Source: Antedon mediterranea
Taxonomy: Eukaryota > Animalia > Echinodermata
Length of the DNA: 64,000 bases
Assembly: GCF_964355755.1 (NCBI RefSeq)
Contig: NC_092671.1
Coordinates: 7,254,001 to 7,318,000, forward strand
Reading direction: 5' to 3'
Shown: piece by piece, positions 27,309-40,486 of the stretch
Layout: each line of letters opens with the position of its first letter
How positions within the stretch are numbered: position 1 is the first letter of the stretch
Notes under the pieces: generated by a model
The model's database searches: none
Seen by the model: only the letters and a program-made list of their open reading frames with translations
What the model was told of the DNA's origin: nothing
Made by a program: the position numbers and the translations under genes

Positions 27309-28838
27309 ATGAATCGACTTTTCATTGCATTTGCATATTTCCTGTTTGGAGCAGCAGTCGTAATGTCGGAAGGTTAGAACACTTAAAAATAATAACTGTC
27401 CAAAGAGATTGTACTGTACTATATCAAAGTAGATTGACACCGAAAATTAAAAGTCCCAATACCGTACAAATAGCCTACTATTAGATTTATATCCTATAGT
27501 CTTTTCAATACCTTTCCGAAACTCAGATGTTTCGTTTGGGTGCTTTGTTTAGCTTCAATGCACCATACGTTAAAAAATTTTTAAATGGTGTTTAATCATT
27601 TTAGACCCCTGTAATAGTTGTGGAGATGACCAAATTTGTGACGTATCCGACGACGGTAGCTTCACTTGTATAACACCAGGTAATTACAGTAGAACCTTCG
27701 TTTTGTATTATAATAAATACAGTACATCATAGTTTTCTAGAATTCAACAACCACCGCTATAGGGCTAAACATAGAGATCTTATAGTTCACTACAATATCT
27801 CTATGGTCCAACCGATACTTAGTATTTCGACTAAACAAAATGCACCGTCCATAAATTGAATTCGCACTATAGCTTCTTTGTGAATATTTCTATTGAGAAG
27901 AAAAATATGTTTTTAATTAACTGCTCTTTTTTCTTATTAGAACCTAACCTCGAAGTGTATCAAGGTAAGAATTCATCATGATTTAATTATTGAATTAATA
28001 AATCAGTTGGCGTATTTTGAGGTAACCTTCGTGTATATCGAGCACTCTACCCAGTTGATCTGAATTTATTATATATACATTGCATTGTTGACACACTGAA
28101 AGTTTTATTTTCTTGCATTGAAACCATTGATGCATAAATTATGATTACATAAACAATGTCAAATAATAGTAAGTATACCGTCTGATGATAACAGTGAAGT
28201 ACTGTATATTATTGTCTAAATATATTTTATAATACTGGAGATACAGTACCGAGAAAAATCAAATAATCTTCAGCAGCAAATCATCCTGGAAGTCACTTCG
28301 GTACGTTTAAAAAATAACCTGTAAGGAAAATATTGTGTATTATTTTTCTGTTATCAAAATTCAGGCCTATCAGTAATAGTACAGTTATGTTTTCCTTTCA
28401 GAACATGTTATGCGTAAGTATTACACCTCACTTCAAATAACATACATTCACCGATAACGTCAATAAACTATGATAATTACTGGGAACAGTGTGACGTAAC
28501 CTCAAACATATATGTTTTTTATGTCATACAGGATTTTACTAAATAATGATACGGTAACTTGTGACAAAATATTACTGACAATATAAATAGTGAAAATGAA
28601 AATGGCGTAAACTTGTTTCTAATACCTGCAAATCGCCAAGATAAAACAAATATTGACAGGCCCTATATTAATAGTCTAATTCTAAATTACTTGATGATAT
28701 TTCGTTCGATATTAATTTTTATAAAGGATATCATTTTCCAGAATTAACTTGTTTATTTATTTTTGTATTTCTTTGATAGCTCCTAATGACGCGTTCTTTC
28801 TTACCAACTTGGATATGCCTATGTGGCAGTATGAATGA
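27309..28838 (+). CDS. Secreted micro-exon peptide gene A1 (77 aa, unknown family)
   Basis: Exons 27309-27372, 27605-27679, 27941-27964, 28402-28413, 28780-28838; UTR-exon donor at 27054. Protein MNRLFIAFAYFLFGAAVVMSE-DPCNSCGDDQICDVSDDGSFTCITP-EPNLEVYQ-EHVM-PPNDAFFLTNLDMPMWQYE. Signal-peptide-like N-terminus; all introns phase 1. Confidence 0.8.
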
Positions 28839-30144
28839 GAACATACATTTGATACACAGAGACTTAAGAATAAGCATACAACATCATTTTCTGGCATATA
28901 AACATTTTATTGGAAAAATGAACATTCTAAACGTGTAAACTGCATGTGATTCAATTCCTGCTTTTCTTTTCAAAGTCTTGAATACGTGGCCTCCTTAAAT
29001 TGCCTATCTATTTAGGACATTTAAGTAGATAGAAACACATTTAAATAAATAATACTGCAAATTAGTTTGTGTTGGTGTTTGTTAAGTTTGTCACTGAGTT
29101 TAAAAGCAAGGTGTGTCAAAATAAAGACTTATCGACCACAGGACATCCATGATTTCGATTCAGAATGTTCTGGAAGTCGTACATTTCGGAAATCTTAGTT
29201 TTTTGCAAAGACGCTCAATTACCACCGGTGCAATCACAATAAAATAGAGAAAAGAAGATTATTTTCACTGAATGAATACCAGAGATTTACATTTAATCTG
29301 TAGCATTTATCCATATTTTTTATAGAAAAATTAACTTATTTCTCTATGTCTTTAATTATGGAGGTTTCATTATTATAGCTTATTGAATTTCAGTTGCAAT
29401 TTTACAAAAATAACAAACTAGTAAATCCTAAGATTGTAAATATATCCATTAAAAACTTGATGAATTGACTTTAATTTTGACCATTGTCGTCACACCAAAG
29501 GTGTCATCACAGTAAACCCAACATTTTGATGACTGATTAATTTTATTAAATATAACCATAATGTTATGTAATAATTATTTAGGCCTAGTAACTACTACAA
29601 CGAAAACTTTCATAATAAACGTGGCGTTATAGTTAAAATTAGCAAATAATTAAATTTTATAAAAATTATCTATTCATTTTGAACATAAACATATGTTTCA
29701 TTGTTTATGTATAATTAAATTTATGCAACGAAAAATTGTATGAACGTGCGAGTTTTACATCTACGGTTCGAGTACCAGTATCGTTATTTGAACTGCAGGT
29801 AACTTGAATTTTACTTTATATTAGTCCAATGAAAGGTGGTCTATTTTCCCTGATATCAGCAATATATCGTTAAGTAGTTCACATTTGATAACAAATATTG
29901 TACTATTTATACATTTTAGTGCAAGTTTATACTTGTTATTTTATATTATAAACATACGGTACTTTGATTTCCCAAATTTTAATTGCATTAAAAAAATCTC
30001 TGCTGCATGCTTTCTTAGACATATTTTGGCTATGTGATGTATATATATTTGGTGTATATATATTTGGTGTAGAGAAAGGGTTTGTGAAAACAAATTAGAA
30101 ATGTTTATTCATTTCTGTTTTACTTCAACAGAAACTTTTCCAAG

Positions 30145-31257
30145 ATGAATCGATTTTTTATTGTATTAACATCCCTTTTCATATATGGAGCAGTCAAAGT
30201 CGTAATGTCAAGAGGTATGAAAACGTATTGGCCTAACCAAACGGTCTACAAGCACTCAGCTAAATCTATTGCATAAATTTCAATATTAAAGTACCATTTT
30301 AGACTTTGCAATATATATTTTCTGAAGTTTTTCTGTTCTTTGGGGTGGTTTCCAAAAATGACATATAAGGCTTACACTGGCACCATATTTCACTTATTGC
30401 CATATTACTTTAAATAAGATGATGTTGTTGTTTCTGTTTCAGATGACACTTGTCTCGCGTCCAGTGACAGCCACACTTGTGCGGCAGGTAATGATTTTAT
30501 TTCTAGAATAAAATTTGATTAAGATTGTAGTTTTGATTGAAATTGAAATTATAAGTCTAAGTTATCGTAAATAAACTTTTTTAAATATATAAAATACAGG
30601 TTTCTTAGTTTTTATTTGTTGTTTATTAACATCATTGTCATATAGACATTTTTGTTACAACTCATTGACAAGAAAAATGAAAAATACGTTCTTTCTTTCT
30701 CAATAGAAACTGGCCTTAACGGGTTTGCGTATATCTGTACAGATGGTAATTCGTGTCCACACTACGAAGGTAAGAATTTCTTATTGGGAAAATTTGAGGT
30801 GGGAAACACAAAAATAGCGGTTATGGTCAATGTAAGTTTGTCTGCTTTCTCGAGCCACATGTCTAATAATGAAAAAAAAAAGAAAAGGTTCAGTTAAAAC
30901 GTAATTAGGGGCCTAAGCGAACTTAAATAAAACAGGAAGCACCACTTTTAGTTAATTCAGTATTTTCCTTGATCAGCACAGCGCGTGTAAGACACTCTAT
31001 AAGCAAAAGAAATGTGCACATTCTTAATAGGCATACATTCTATTCTTCTTTCAGAACGATACTTCATTCGTAAGTATCAAAGCTCAATTAAAACTGTCAC
31101 AACAAACAGAAATTATGCATGCAGTCACATTATTAACAATTTATAAGTGAACATTTTTAGGAACTATAAGGCCTAATTTAAAATTATCGAAATTTCTTTC
31201 ACAGCTCCCGGTGACCGTTACTTCCCTCAATTTATTCTTGGAAAGGAAAATAAATAA
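30145..31257 (+). CDS. Secreted micro-exon peptide gene B1 (81 aa)
   Basis: Exons 30145-30214, 30443-30487, 30707-30769, 31055-31069, 31205-31257. Protein MNRFFIVLTSLFIYGAVKVVMSR-DDTCLASSDSHTCAA-ETGLNGFAYICTDGNSCPHYE-ERYFI-PPGDRYFPQFILGKENK. Splice sites conserved in copy B2. Confidence 0.85.
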
Positions 31258-31494
31258 GAACACTCTTTTATCTGAGAACATTATATTTAAATATAAAGCT
31301 AGAAAAGTATACTGTATGGAGACATTAGGCCTACAACAAGCTTAAAGAGAAATTAAACTGTAGAATATTACTTATTTGTATTATGATCTTTAGATAACAA
31401 TTCATTCATTTATAAAGGAATACTGAAAACTCTATTATCATAGAAAACTATGAGGTTTCAAACTTCGTGTGAAATTGGCTCTAATAACCACTAA

Positions 31495-31652
31495 AGCTCT
31501 GTTTACACTATCAAGCTTGATGTGACAAAAGAAATGTGATGTACCCATATATGGACATGATGATGTCTTATCACTACCATATTTGGGTATCACTACCATA
31601 TTTGGGCATATCACACTTTTTTGTCAACTAGTTTGATAATGTAGACAGAGCT
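31495..31652. mobile_element. Family-1 MITE (also carried in the duplicated copies at 33124-33274 and 38799-38951)
   Basis: Same TIRs; same position downstream of each B-type last exon. Confidence 0.85.
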
Positions 31653-32267
31653 ATCAGTCTTTATTCTAAAGTTCCAGTAGTTGTCACTGTGACATTTTCT
31701 AATGCATTTTTTATTCCATTCGTGTTGTGTTGAACGTGATTAAAATTGAATAATTTACAATATGTAACCTTTAGATAGACAATACTTATTTAAATGTATA
31801 ATTATAATCCTATAATTGTTGACATTAAACTGTTGGTTCAAACAATTAATTAACCTTTAAATGTCTTTGTTGCTTAATTAGCACTTCGTAAAATAATTGC
31901 AAAACATGCCACATCATTGTGCCGTTAACCTTTTAAATGCTAATGTGTCATGATAAACCACACCATAACATTTTATTTAAGGTGTTCAAAAACTATCGGT
32001 CCGTATTCCTACGCTTGGAGAATTTATTTTCAAACTGTTTGTATAAATTATGCACGTTACACTATCGAAATTCTTTTAGGTGCTATTAGAAACAGAAACA
32101 AACTAGTAAAGCCGTATAGTTTATTCACCAAAGAAGAACCATATTTTTTAATAGCACCAGTGCGGTGATTATATATAAAGGCCTACCATAACATTGGAAA
32201 GAATAGATTTACCTAAATTGAAGTTCCATATACAGTATGCCGTGACTCATTCATTCATAAACATTAT

Positions 32268-32868
32268 CGGGTTTGCATATATATGTACAGATGGTAATTC
32301 GTGTCAACATAACGAAGGTAAGAATTTCTTATTGGTCTCTAGGTTAGCAGTTTCTTGAGAAATTTGGAAAATTGGAGGTTGGAAACACAAAAATAGCGGT
32401 TATGATCAATGTAAGTTTGTCCGCTTTTTCGAGGCACTACTAATTAAGCGTTTCGTCGAAGAAATGTTCTTTCAAAAAAGAGAAAATTCAGTTAAACGTA
32501 ATTAGGGGCCTAAGCGAACTTAAATAACAGGAACCACCACTTTTAGTTAATTCGGGATTTTCTCTGATCAGCACAGCGCGTGCACAAGACACTCTTGCAT
32601 TTGTATTCTTGTGTTATTCTTAATAGGCCTACATTTTATTCTTCTTTCAGAACGATACTTCATTCGTAAGTATCAAACCTCAATTAAAACTGTCACAACA
32701 AACATAAATTATACATGCAGTCACATTATTAATAATTTATAAGTGAATATTGTTAGGAACTATAGGGCCTAAAATAAAATTATCGAAATTTCTTTCACAG
32801 CTCCCGGTGACCGTTTCTTTCCTATTTTTCTAGATGCTCAATTTATTCTTGGAAAGGAAAATAAATGA
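32268..32868 (+). other. Duplicated 3' module of gene B1 (5'-truncated 63-nt exon, 15-nt micro-exon 32651-32665, last exon 32801-32868); alternative 3' end or gene fragment
   Basis: ~30720-32266 is repeated at ~32268-33880; micro-exon and terminal exon (PPGDRFFPIFLDAQFILGKENK*) keep intact splice sites. Confidence 0.75.
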
Positions 32869-34377
32869 GACCACTGCACTCTTTTATCTGAGATAACATA
32901 ATATTTAAATACAAATATAGAAAAGTATACTGTATGGAGACATTAGGCCTACAACAAGCTTAAAGAGATATTAAACTGTTGAATATCACGTGGCCTTATA
33001 TAGTTTGAATTATGATCTTTAGATAACAATTCATTCATTCATAAAGAAATACTGGAAACTATATTGTCATTGGAAACTTTGAGGTTTCAAACTCCATATG
33101 AAATTGGCTCAAATAGCCATTGAAGCGCTGTTTACTATCAAACTTGATGTGACAAAAAGAATGTACCCATATATGGACATGATGATGTCATATCACTACC
33201 ATATTTGGGTATCACTGCCATATTTGGGCATATCACACTTTTTTTGTCAACTAGTTTGATAGTGTAGACAGCGTTTTAGCCTTTATTCTAATGTTCCATT
33301 AGTGGTCACTGTAACATTTTCTAATGCATTTTTGTTTCCATTCGTGTTGTGTTGAACGTGATCAAAATTGAATAATTTACAATTTTTAACCTTTAGCAGA
33401 CAATACTTATTTAAATGTATTGTAATTATAATCATAAATAATATAATAATAAAAGTATTGGCATCAAACTGTTGGTTCAAAGTAATTAATTAACCTTTAA
33501 ATGTCTTTGTTTCCTAATTAGCACTTCGTAAAATAATTGTAAAACATGACACATCATTGTCTCGTTAACCTTTTAGATGCTAATGTGACTTAATAAACCA
33601 CACCTACGCTGGAAGAATTTATTTTCAAACTGTTTGTATAAATTAATTATGCACGTTACACTATCGAAATTCTTTCAGGTGCTTTTTGAAACAGAAACAA
33701 ACTAGTAAAGCCGCGTAGTTTATTCTTCACCAACTGAGAACCATATCGAACATATTTTGTAATAGCACCAGTGCAGTATTATATAAAAATGAATAGGCCT
33801 ACCATAACATTGGAAAGAATGGATTTTAAATTGAAATTTCATATACAGTATGCCGTGACTCATTCATTCATAAACATTTATTTTTATTAATGGTGCATAG
33901 AAAATAACAATAACAAATTATTAAATAAAGAAGAAATACCATCAATAGAGGATTTTACAAGAAGTAAAACTTGTCACGTAAAACCCTTGGACAAAAAAAA
34001 AATGTGACATCATATAATAAACGGCAAAGCATTGAATTTAAATTTGTTTAAATGATTCATTCGCTTTGAATATATTAACATTGGTTATCATAATGTAATA
34101 ATAATATGCATTTTATAGTGCAACAAAAATGCATATAAAACGTAGCAGCGGTGCTTGCAACTTATTCAAGTGGCGTCTCAGTTGGTATCGACATACTGTT
34201 CTTTTTTGGAAGCAGGTATGTATTTTCCTTTCTTTTACTCGGGAATTACAGTATAGGCCTACTAACTTTCTCTGTTCTTAACTTAAACCATGTTCTCCAC
34301 TGGACGCAAAGCAGGATGTAACGCCATTGACCAATCGTAAGTGACATTTCGATGATCATCGTGTCTGTCTTGGTAAG

Positions 34378-34531
34378 CTTGGTTCCCATTAGGATGCAAC
34401 GCAAGGACGTAGACGCAACGTAAGTGAGTTGACCAATCACAAGCGATGAATTATAAACTGTCGCTTGTCTTTGGTCAACACGCTTGCTTTGCGTTTACGT
34501 CCTTACGTTGCGTCCTAGTGGGAACCAAGCT
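34378..34531. mobile_element. Family-2 MITE (TIR AGCTTGGTTCCCA(C/T)TAG); related pieces at ~34535-34640, ~40085-40280 and 57888-58085
   Basis: Inverted termini and GCAACGCAAGGACGTA internal repeats recur in the window. Confidence 0.7.
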
Positions 34532-34841
34532 TTAGGCAGATGGATTATTCGAACTTACGTCCTTACGATGTCTCCAAATGTGAACCAAGCATTACAGTGT
34601 GCGTACGTCCTTGCGTTGCGTCCGAGTGGAAACCCGAGCTTATTAAGTCACGTAAAACGCAAGTAATTTTCCCAATTAGAAATTAGAGTAGGCCTAACAA
34701 AAACTGATGCGTCCAGTATTCGATTACCTCCCAACAAGGACACACGATTTTGCCATGCTCTTCCACAAACAACATTTTGACTATATCATCTGCATTAAGA
34801 TAATTGGTATTTATTATTTCAATCATCAGAAATTTTCAAAG

Positions 34842-36090
34842 ATGAATCGACTTTTCATTATATTGACAATTCTTGTCCTGTGTGAGGGAGTTGTATGGTG
34901 TCAAGGTAAGCATGAACGTCATAAAACGTGCAACATTGCGACTCACAGTCACAGCTCTTTACTTTATTAAAAATGTATGCTTCCATAATTGTGCTCGCAA
35001 GCAAAACAAATTAAAATCCATATTACGTTACAGTACATAATTATGAAATTTTGATTTCACCATACCATTTTCTTACCAAAGATATTGAACTTTCACTAAT
35101 TGTCTGCCTCTTAGATCCTCCTTGTGAGCCTGGTGATGCCGCCTGCGATAATACAGGTAAAAATTCCTTTTGTTTATAATATTGAGCGAAATCTGTCGAT
35201 AATTATGAAATTTAAATTCTCAAAGCCAACATTATGATTTCACCAAAGAATTTGAACTTTCACTAATCGTTTCCTTTGTAGATCCTCGTTGTGAGCCTGG
35301 TGATGCCGACTGCGATAATACAAGTACAAATTTCTTTTGTTTATAATATAAATAATAATAATAATAAATCTGTCAAAGCCTACAATCTGAAAATGACATT
35401 TACATTTAACAATTTTATGTTCTGTATTTATTAAATGTAGGCCTATTTACATACTGCTTCAATAAAAACAAAATATAGTAAATATTAGAGTTCTCACGTC
35501 AAAATCAGTATTCAGTCCAAATCAGAGATGCTTATTGTCATTTAATGCCAACAAATTTAACAGTATAGGCCTATTATAGATTATCGTCCAACTAACGTCG
35601 ATCATAAGATATTATAATAATATTATAGTACTATCAGTAATAGTACAGTTATGTTTTCCTTTCAGGACATGGTATCTGTAAGTATTACACCTCACTTCAA
35701 ATTAACATACACACTTTTTCATCGATAATGTCAATAACTATGATAATTACTGGCAACAGTGTGAGTTAACTTCAACATATGTATGTACATTTTTATGTCA
35801 TACAAGATTTTACTAAATGATGATACGGTAATTTGTGACAAAATAAGTAGCCTAGTACTGACAATATAATTAGTGAAAATGAAAATGGTGTAAACTTTTT
35901 CTAATACATGCAAATCGCCAAGATAAAACAAATATTGACAGGCCCTATATTAATTAGTCTAATTCTAAATTACTTAGTGATATTTCGTTCGATATTTATT
36001 TTTATAAAGGACTTTTTCATTTATTTTTTTATTTCTTTGATAGATCCTGAATTGCTTGGGCTTGGGCCTATGCCTCATCCTCTGTGGTAG
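34842..36090 (+). CDS. Secreted micro-exon peptide gene C1, chimeric C-5'/A-3' (68 aa)
   Basis: Exons 34842-34905, 35115-35156, 35282-35323, 35666-35677, 36044-36090. Protein MNRLFIILTILVLCEGVVWCQ-DPPCEPGDAACDNT-DPRCEPGDADCDNT-RHGI-YPELLGLGPMPHPLW. TATAAAA at ~34134; UTR-exon donor at 34216. Confidence 0.8.
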
Positions 36091-37168
36091 TATAAATGAG
36101 CACATTCTTTTCAAAGTCTTGAATACGTGGCCTCCTTAAATTGCCTTATTATCTATGACATTTAAATAGATAGAAACACATTTAAAATAAAGAATACTGC
36201 AAATTAATTTGTGTTGGTGTTTGTTAAGTTTGTCACTGGGTTTAAAAAGCAAGGTATGTCAAATTAAAGACTTCTCGAGCACAGGACATCCATGATTTCT
36301 ATTCAGAATGTTCTAAAGTTGTACATTTCGGAAATCTTTCTTAGTTTTTTTGCAAACAGAAGAAGCTCGAATACCACCGGTGCAATCACAATAAATTAGA
36401 GAATAGAAGATTATTTTCACTGAATGAATACCTAGGATTTACATTTAATCTGTAGCATTCATCCATATTTTGTATAGAAAAATTAACTTATTTCTCTATG
36501 TCTTTAATTATGGAGGTTTCACTAGTAAATCCTAAGATTGTAAATATATCCATTAAAAACTTGATGAATTGACTTTAATTTTGACCATTGTCGTCACACT
36601 ATAAAGTGTCATCACAGTAAACACAACATTTTTATGACTGATTAATTTTATTTAACATAACCATAATGGTTGCTACGTAATAATGATTACATAATACACT
36701 AATACAACAAAAACAAACTTGGCAACGCGGGGGTTGTACAACTTAAATGTCGCGTTATAATTGGCAAATAATTTAATTTGTTTACAAATTATTTATTCAT
36801 TTTGAACATAAACATATGTTTCATAAATTGTTTATGTATAATTAAATCTATGCAACGAAAATTGTGTGAACGTGCAAGTTTTACGTCTACGGTTCGAGTA
36901 CCAGTATCGTTGTTTGAAAGCAGGTAATTTGAATTTTACTTTATTTTAGACCACTGAAAGGTGGTCCATTTATCCTGATCTCAGAAATATCGTTAAGTAG
37001 TTCACATTTGATAAAATATATTGTACTATTTATACATTTTAGTGAAAGTTTATACTTGTTATTTTATATTATACAACTACGGTACTTTAATTTCCCAAAT
37101 TGTAATCGCATTAAAAAAAATCTCTACTGCATTTATTTCTGTCTTACTTCAACAGAAACTTTTCCAAG

Positions 37169-38548
37169 ATGAATCGATTGTTGATTGTATTGACATTCCT
37201 TTTCCTATATTATGGAGGAGTTAAAGTCGTAATGTCAAGAGGTATGAAAACGTATTGGCCTAACCAAACGGTCTATAAACACTCAGCTAAATCTAATGCA
37301 TAAATTCCAATATTAAAGTATCATTTTAGACTTTCTAGTATATTTTCTGAAGCTTTTCTGTTCTTTAGGATGGTTTCAGAAAATGGCATAGGCCTACATA
37401 GTCTGGGTTTCAGACGGAGTTTTGTCTTAATATTAGTTAAAAGATAAATATTTTGGCACACATGGCGTTTCATACGTATACTACTTGATTTTGGATACTA
37501 CTGTATTTTCAGACAAAAATCGCGGTCGAAATAAAAACAAATAAATTTAAAAAAAAGATAATACAGACTTGGGGCAAGTCTAAGGCCTACAGTGGCACCA
37601 TATTTCACTTATTGCCATATTACCTTAAATAAGATGTTGTTTCTGTTTCAGATGACACTTGTCTCGCGTCCAGTGACAGCCACACTTGTGCAGCAGGTAA
37701 TGATTTTATTTATAGAATAGCAATTGATTAAGATTGAAATGATAAGCCTTAGTTATCGTAAATAAACTTTTTTAATAGTTGATTTCTTTTTTAAGAAGTC
37801 CCGTTATCAATCAATAACACATGTCTTTTTTTATTTGTTGTTTATTAACGTCATTGCCAGGCCTATAGACATTTTTGTTACAACCCATTGACAAGAAAAC
37901 TGAAAAATATGTTCTTTCTTTCTCAATAGAAACTGGCCTTAACGGGTTTGCATATATCTGTACAGATGATAATTCGTGTCCGCACTACGAAGGTAAGAAT
38001 TTCTTATTGGTCTCTAGGTTAGCAGTTTCTTGAAAAATTGGGAAAATTTGAGGTGGGAAACACAAAAATAGCGTTTATGATCAATGTAAGTTTGTCCGCT
38101 TTTTCGAGCCACTAATAATGAAGCATTTCGTCGAAGAAATGTTCTTTGAAAAAAAGAGAAAATTCAGTTAAACGTAATTAGGGGCCTAAGCAAACTTAAA
38201 TAAAACAGGAACCACCACTTTTACAGTAGTTAATTCGGAATTTTCGTTGATTAGCACAGCGCGTGGAAGACACCCTGTCTGTGTCTTGAGTTATTCTTAA
38301 TATGCCCTACATTCTATTCTTCTTTCAGAACGAGACTTCTTGCGTAAGTATCAAACCTCGATTAAAACTGTCACAACAAACAGAAATTATACATGCAGTC
38401 ACATTATTAATAATTTATAAGGACAGACATTTTTAGGAACTATAGGGCCTAATTTAAAATTATCGAAATTTCTTTCACAGCTCCCGGTGACCGTTTCTTT
38501 CCTAGTCTTCTAGATGCTCAATTTATTCTTGGAAAGGAAAATAAATGA
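37169..38548 (+). CDS. Secreted micro-exon peptide gene B2 (87 aa)
   Basis: Exons 37169-37241, 37652-37696, 37930-37992, 38329-38343, 38481-38548. Protein MNRLLIVLTFLFLYYGGVKVVMSR-DDTCLASSDSHTCAA-ETGLNGFAYICTDDNSCPHYE-ERDFL-PPGDRFFPSLLDAQFILGKENK. Confidence 0.85.
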
Positions 38549-40486
38549 GAACATTGCACTCTTTGTGTCTGAGATAACATTATATTTAAATATAAATGTA
38601 GAAAAGTATACTGTATGGAGACATTAGGCCTACAACAAGCTTAAAGAGAAATTAAACTGTCGAATATTACGTGGTCTTATATAGTTTGTATTATGATAGA
38701 TAACAATTTATTCATTTATAAAAGAATACTGGAAACTATATTGTCATAGAAAACTGAGGTTTCAAACTTCGTGTGAAATTGGCTCAAATAGCCAGTAAAG
38801 CTCTGTCTACACTATCAAACTTGATGTGACAAAAAGAATGTACCCATATATGGACATGATGATGTCATATCACTACCATATTTGGGTATCACTACCATAT
38901 TTGGGCATATCACACTTTTTTTGTCAACTAGTTTGATAGTGTAGACAGCGTTTTAGCCTTTATTCCAATGTTCCATTAGTGGTCACTGTAACATTTTCTA
39001 ATGCATTTTTGTTTCCATTCGTGTTGTGTTGAACGTGATCAAAATTGAATAATTTACAATTTTTAACCTTTAGCAGACAATACTTATTTAAATGTATTGT
39101 AATTATAATCATAAATAATATAATGATAAAAGTATTGGCATCAAACTGTTGGTTCAAAGTAATTAATTAACCTTTAAATGTCTTTGTTTCCTAATTAGCA
39201 CTTCGTAAAATAATTGCAAAACATGACAAATCATTGTCTCGTTAACCTTTTAGATGCTAATGTGTCATGATAAACCACACCATAACATTTGTTTAAGGTG
39301 TTCAAAAACTATAGATCCGTATTCCTACGCTGGAAGAATTTATTTTCAAACTGTTTGTATAAATTATGCACATTATTACACTATCGAAATTCTTTCAGGT
39401 GCTATTTGAAACTAGTAAAGCCGCGTAGTTTATTCTTCACCAACTGAGAACCATATCGAAGCATTTGTTAATAGCACCAGTGCAATGATTATATATAAAG
39501 GCCTACCATAAATTGGAAAGAATAGATTTACCTAATTTGAAGTTTCATATACAGTATGCCGTGACTCATTCATTCATAAACATTTGTTTTTATTAATGGT
39601 GTATAGAAAATAACAATAACAAATTAAATAAAGAAGAAATATACCATTAATAGAGGATTTTACAAGAAGTAAAACTTGTCACATAAAACCGACGACAAAA
39701 AAACCGTGACATATAATAAACGGCAAAGCATTGAATTTAAATTTGTTTAAATGATTCATTCGCTTTGAATATATTAACATTGGTTATGATAATGTAAAAA
39801 AAATGCATATAAAACGTAGCAGCGGTGCTTGCAACTTATTCAAGTGGCGTCTCGGTTGCATCGATATTACTATTCTTTTTTGGAAGCAGGTATGTATTTT
39901 TCTTTCTTGGCATTTTCCGGTCATTTTTGACTAAAATGTCCCATTAGACTGAATATAAATGTATACCTTCTAATCAATTTGAGACTAAAATTACCTTGCT
40001 GTGACCAGTAGCCAAGCCAAAAATGATTGTTTGACCACTCTACTCTAAATCAATTTCGTACTCGGTAATTATACTGACTTTCCATTTCATTGTAATTAAC
40101 TTAAACCATGGTCTCCATTGGACGCAAAGCAAGGTGAAACTCCATTGACCAATCAAAAATGACATTTCTATGATCATCAGCAGATGGATTATTCGAACTT
40201 ACATCCTTACGTTGTCTACAAGTGTAACCAAGCATTACAGTGCGCGTACGTCCTTGCGTTGCGAGTGGAAACCAAGCTTATTTATTCACGTAAAGACAAC
40301 GCGTAAAACGCAAATAATTTTCCCAATTAGAAATTAGAGTAGGCCTAGGCCTAACTACAACCGATGCGTCCAGTACTCAACATGGACAAACGATTTAGCC
40401 ATGCTCTTCTACAAACAACATTTTGACTATCATCTGCATTTAAGATAATTGGTATTTAATATTTCAATCAGCAGCAATTTTCAAAG

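Noticed and set aside
28007-28021. Possible 15-nt micro-exon in A1
   Set aside because: Contains an in-frame TGA and would need a 42-nt upstream intron.
33283-39157. Identical 65-aa minus-strand ORFs at 33283-33480 and 38960-39157
   Set aside because: Explained by the recent duplication; they begin at a TTG codon and show no coding features.
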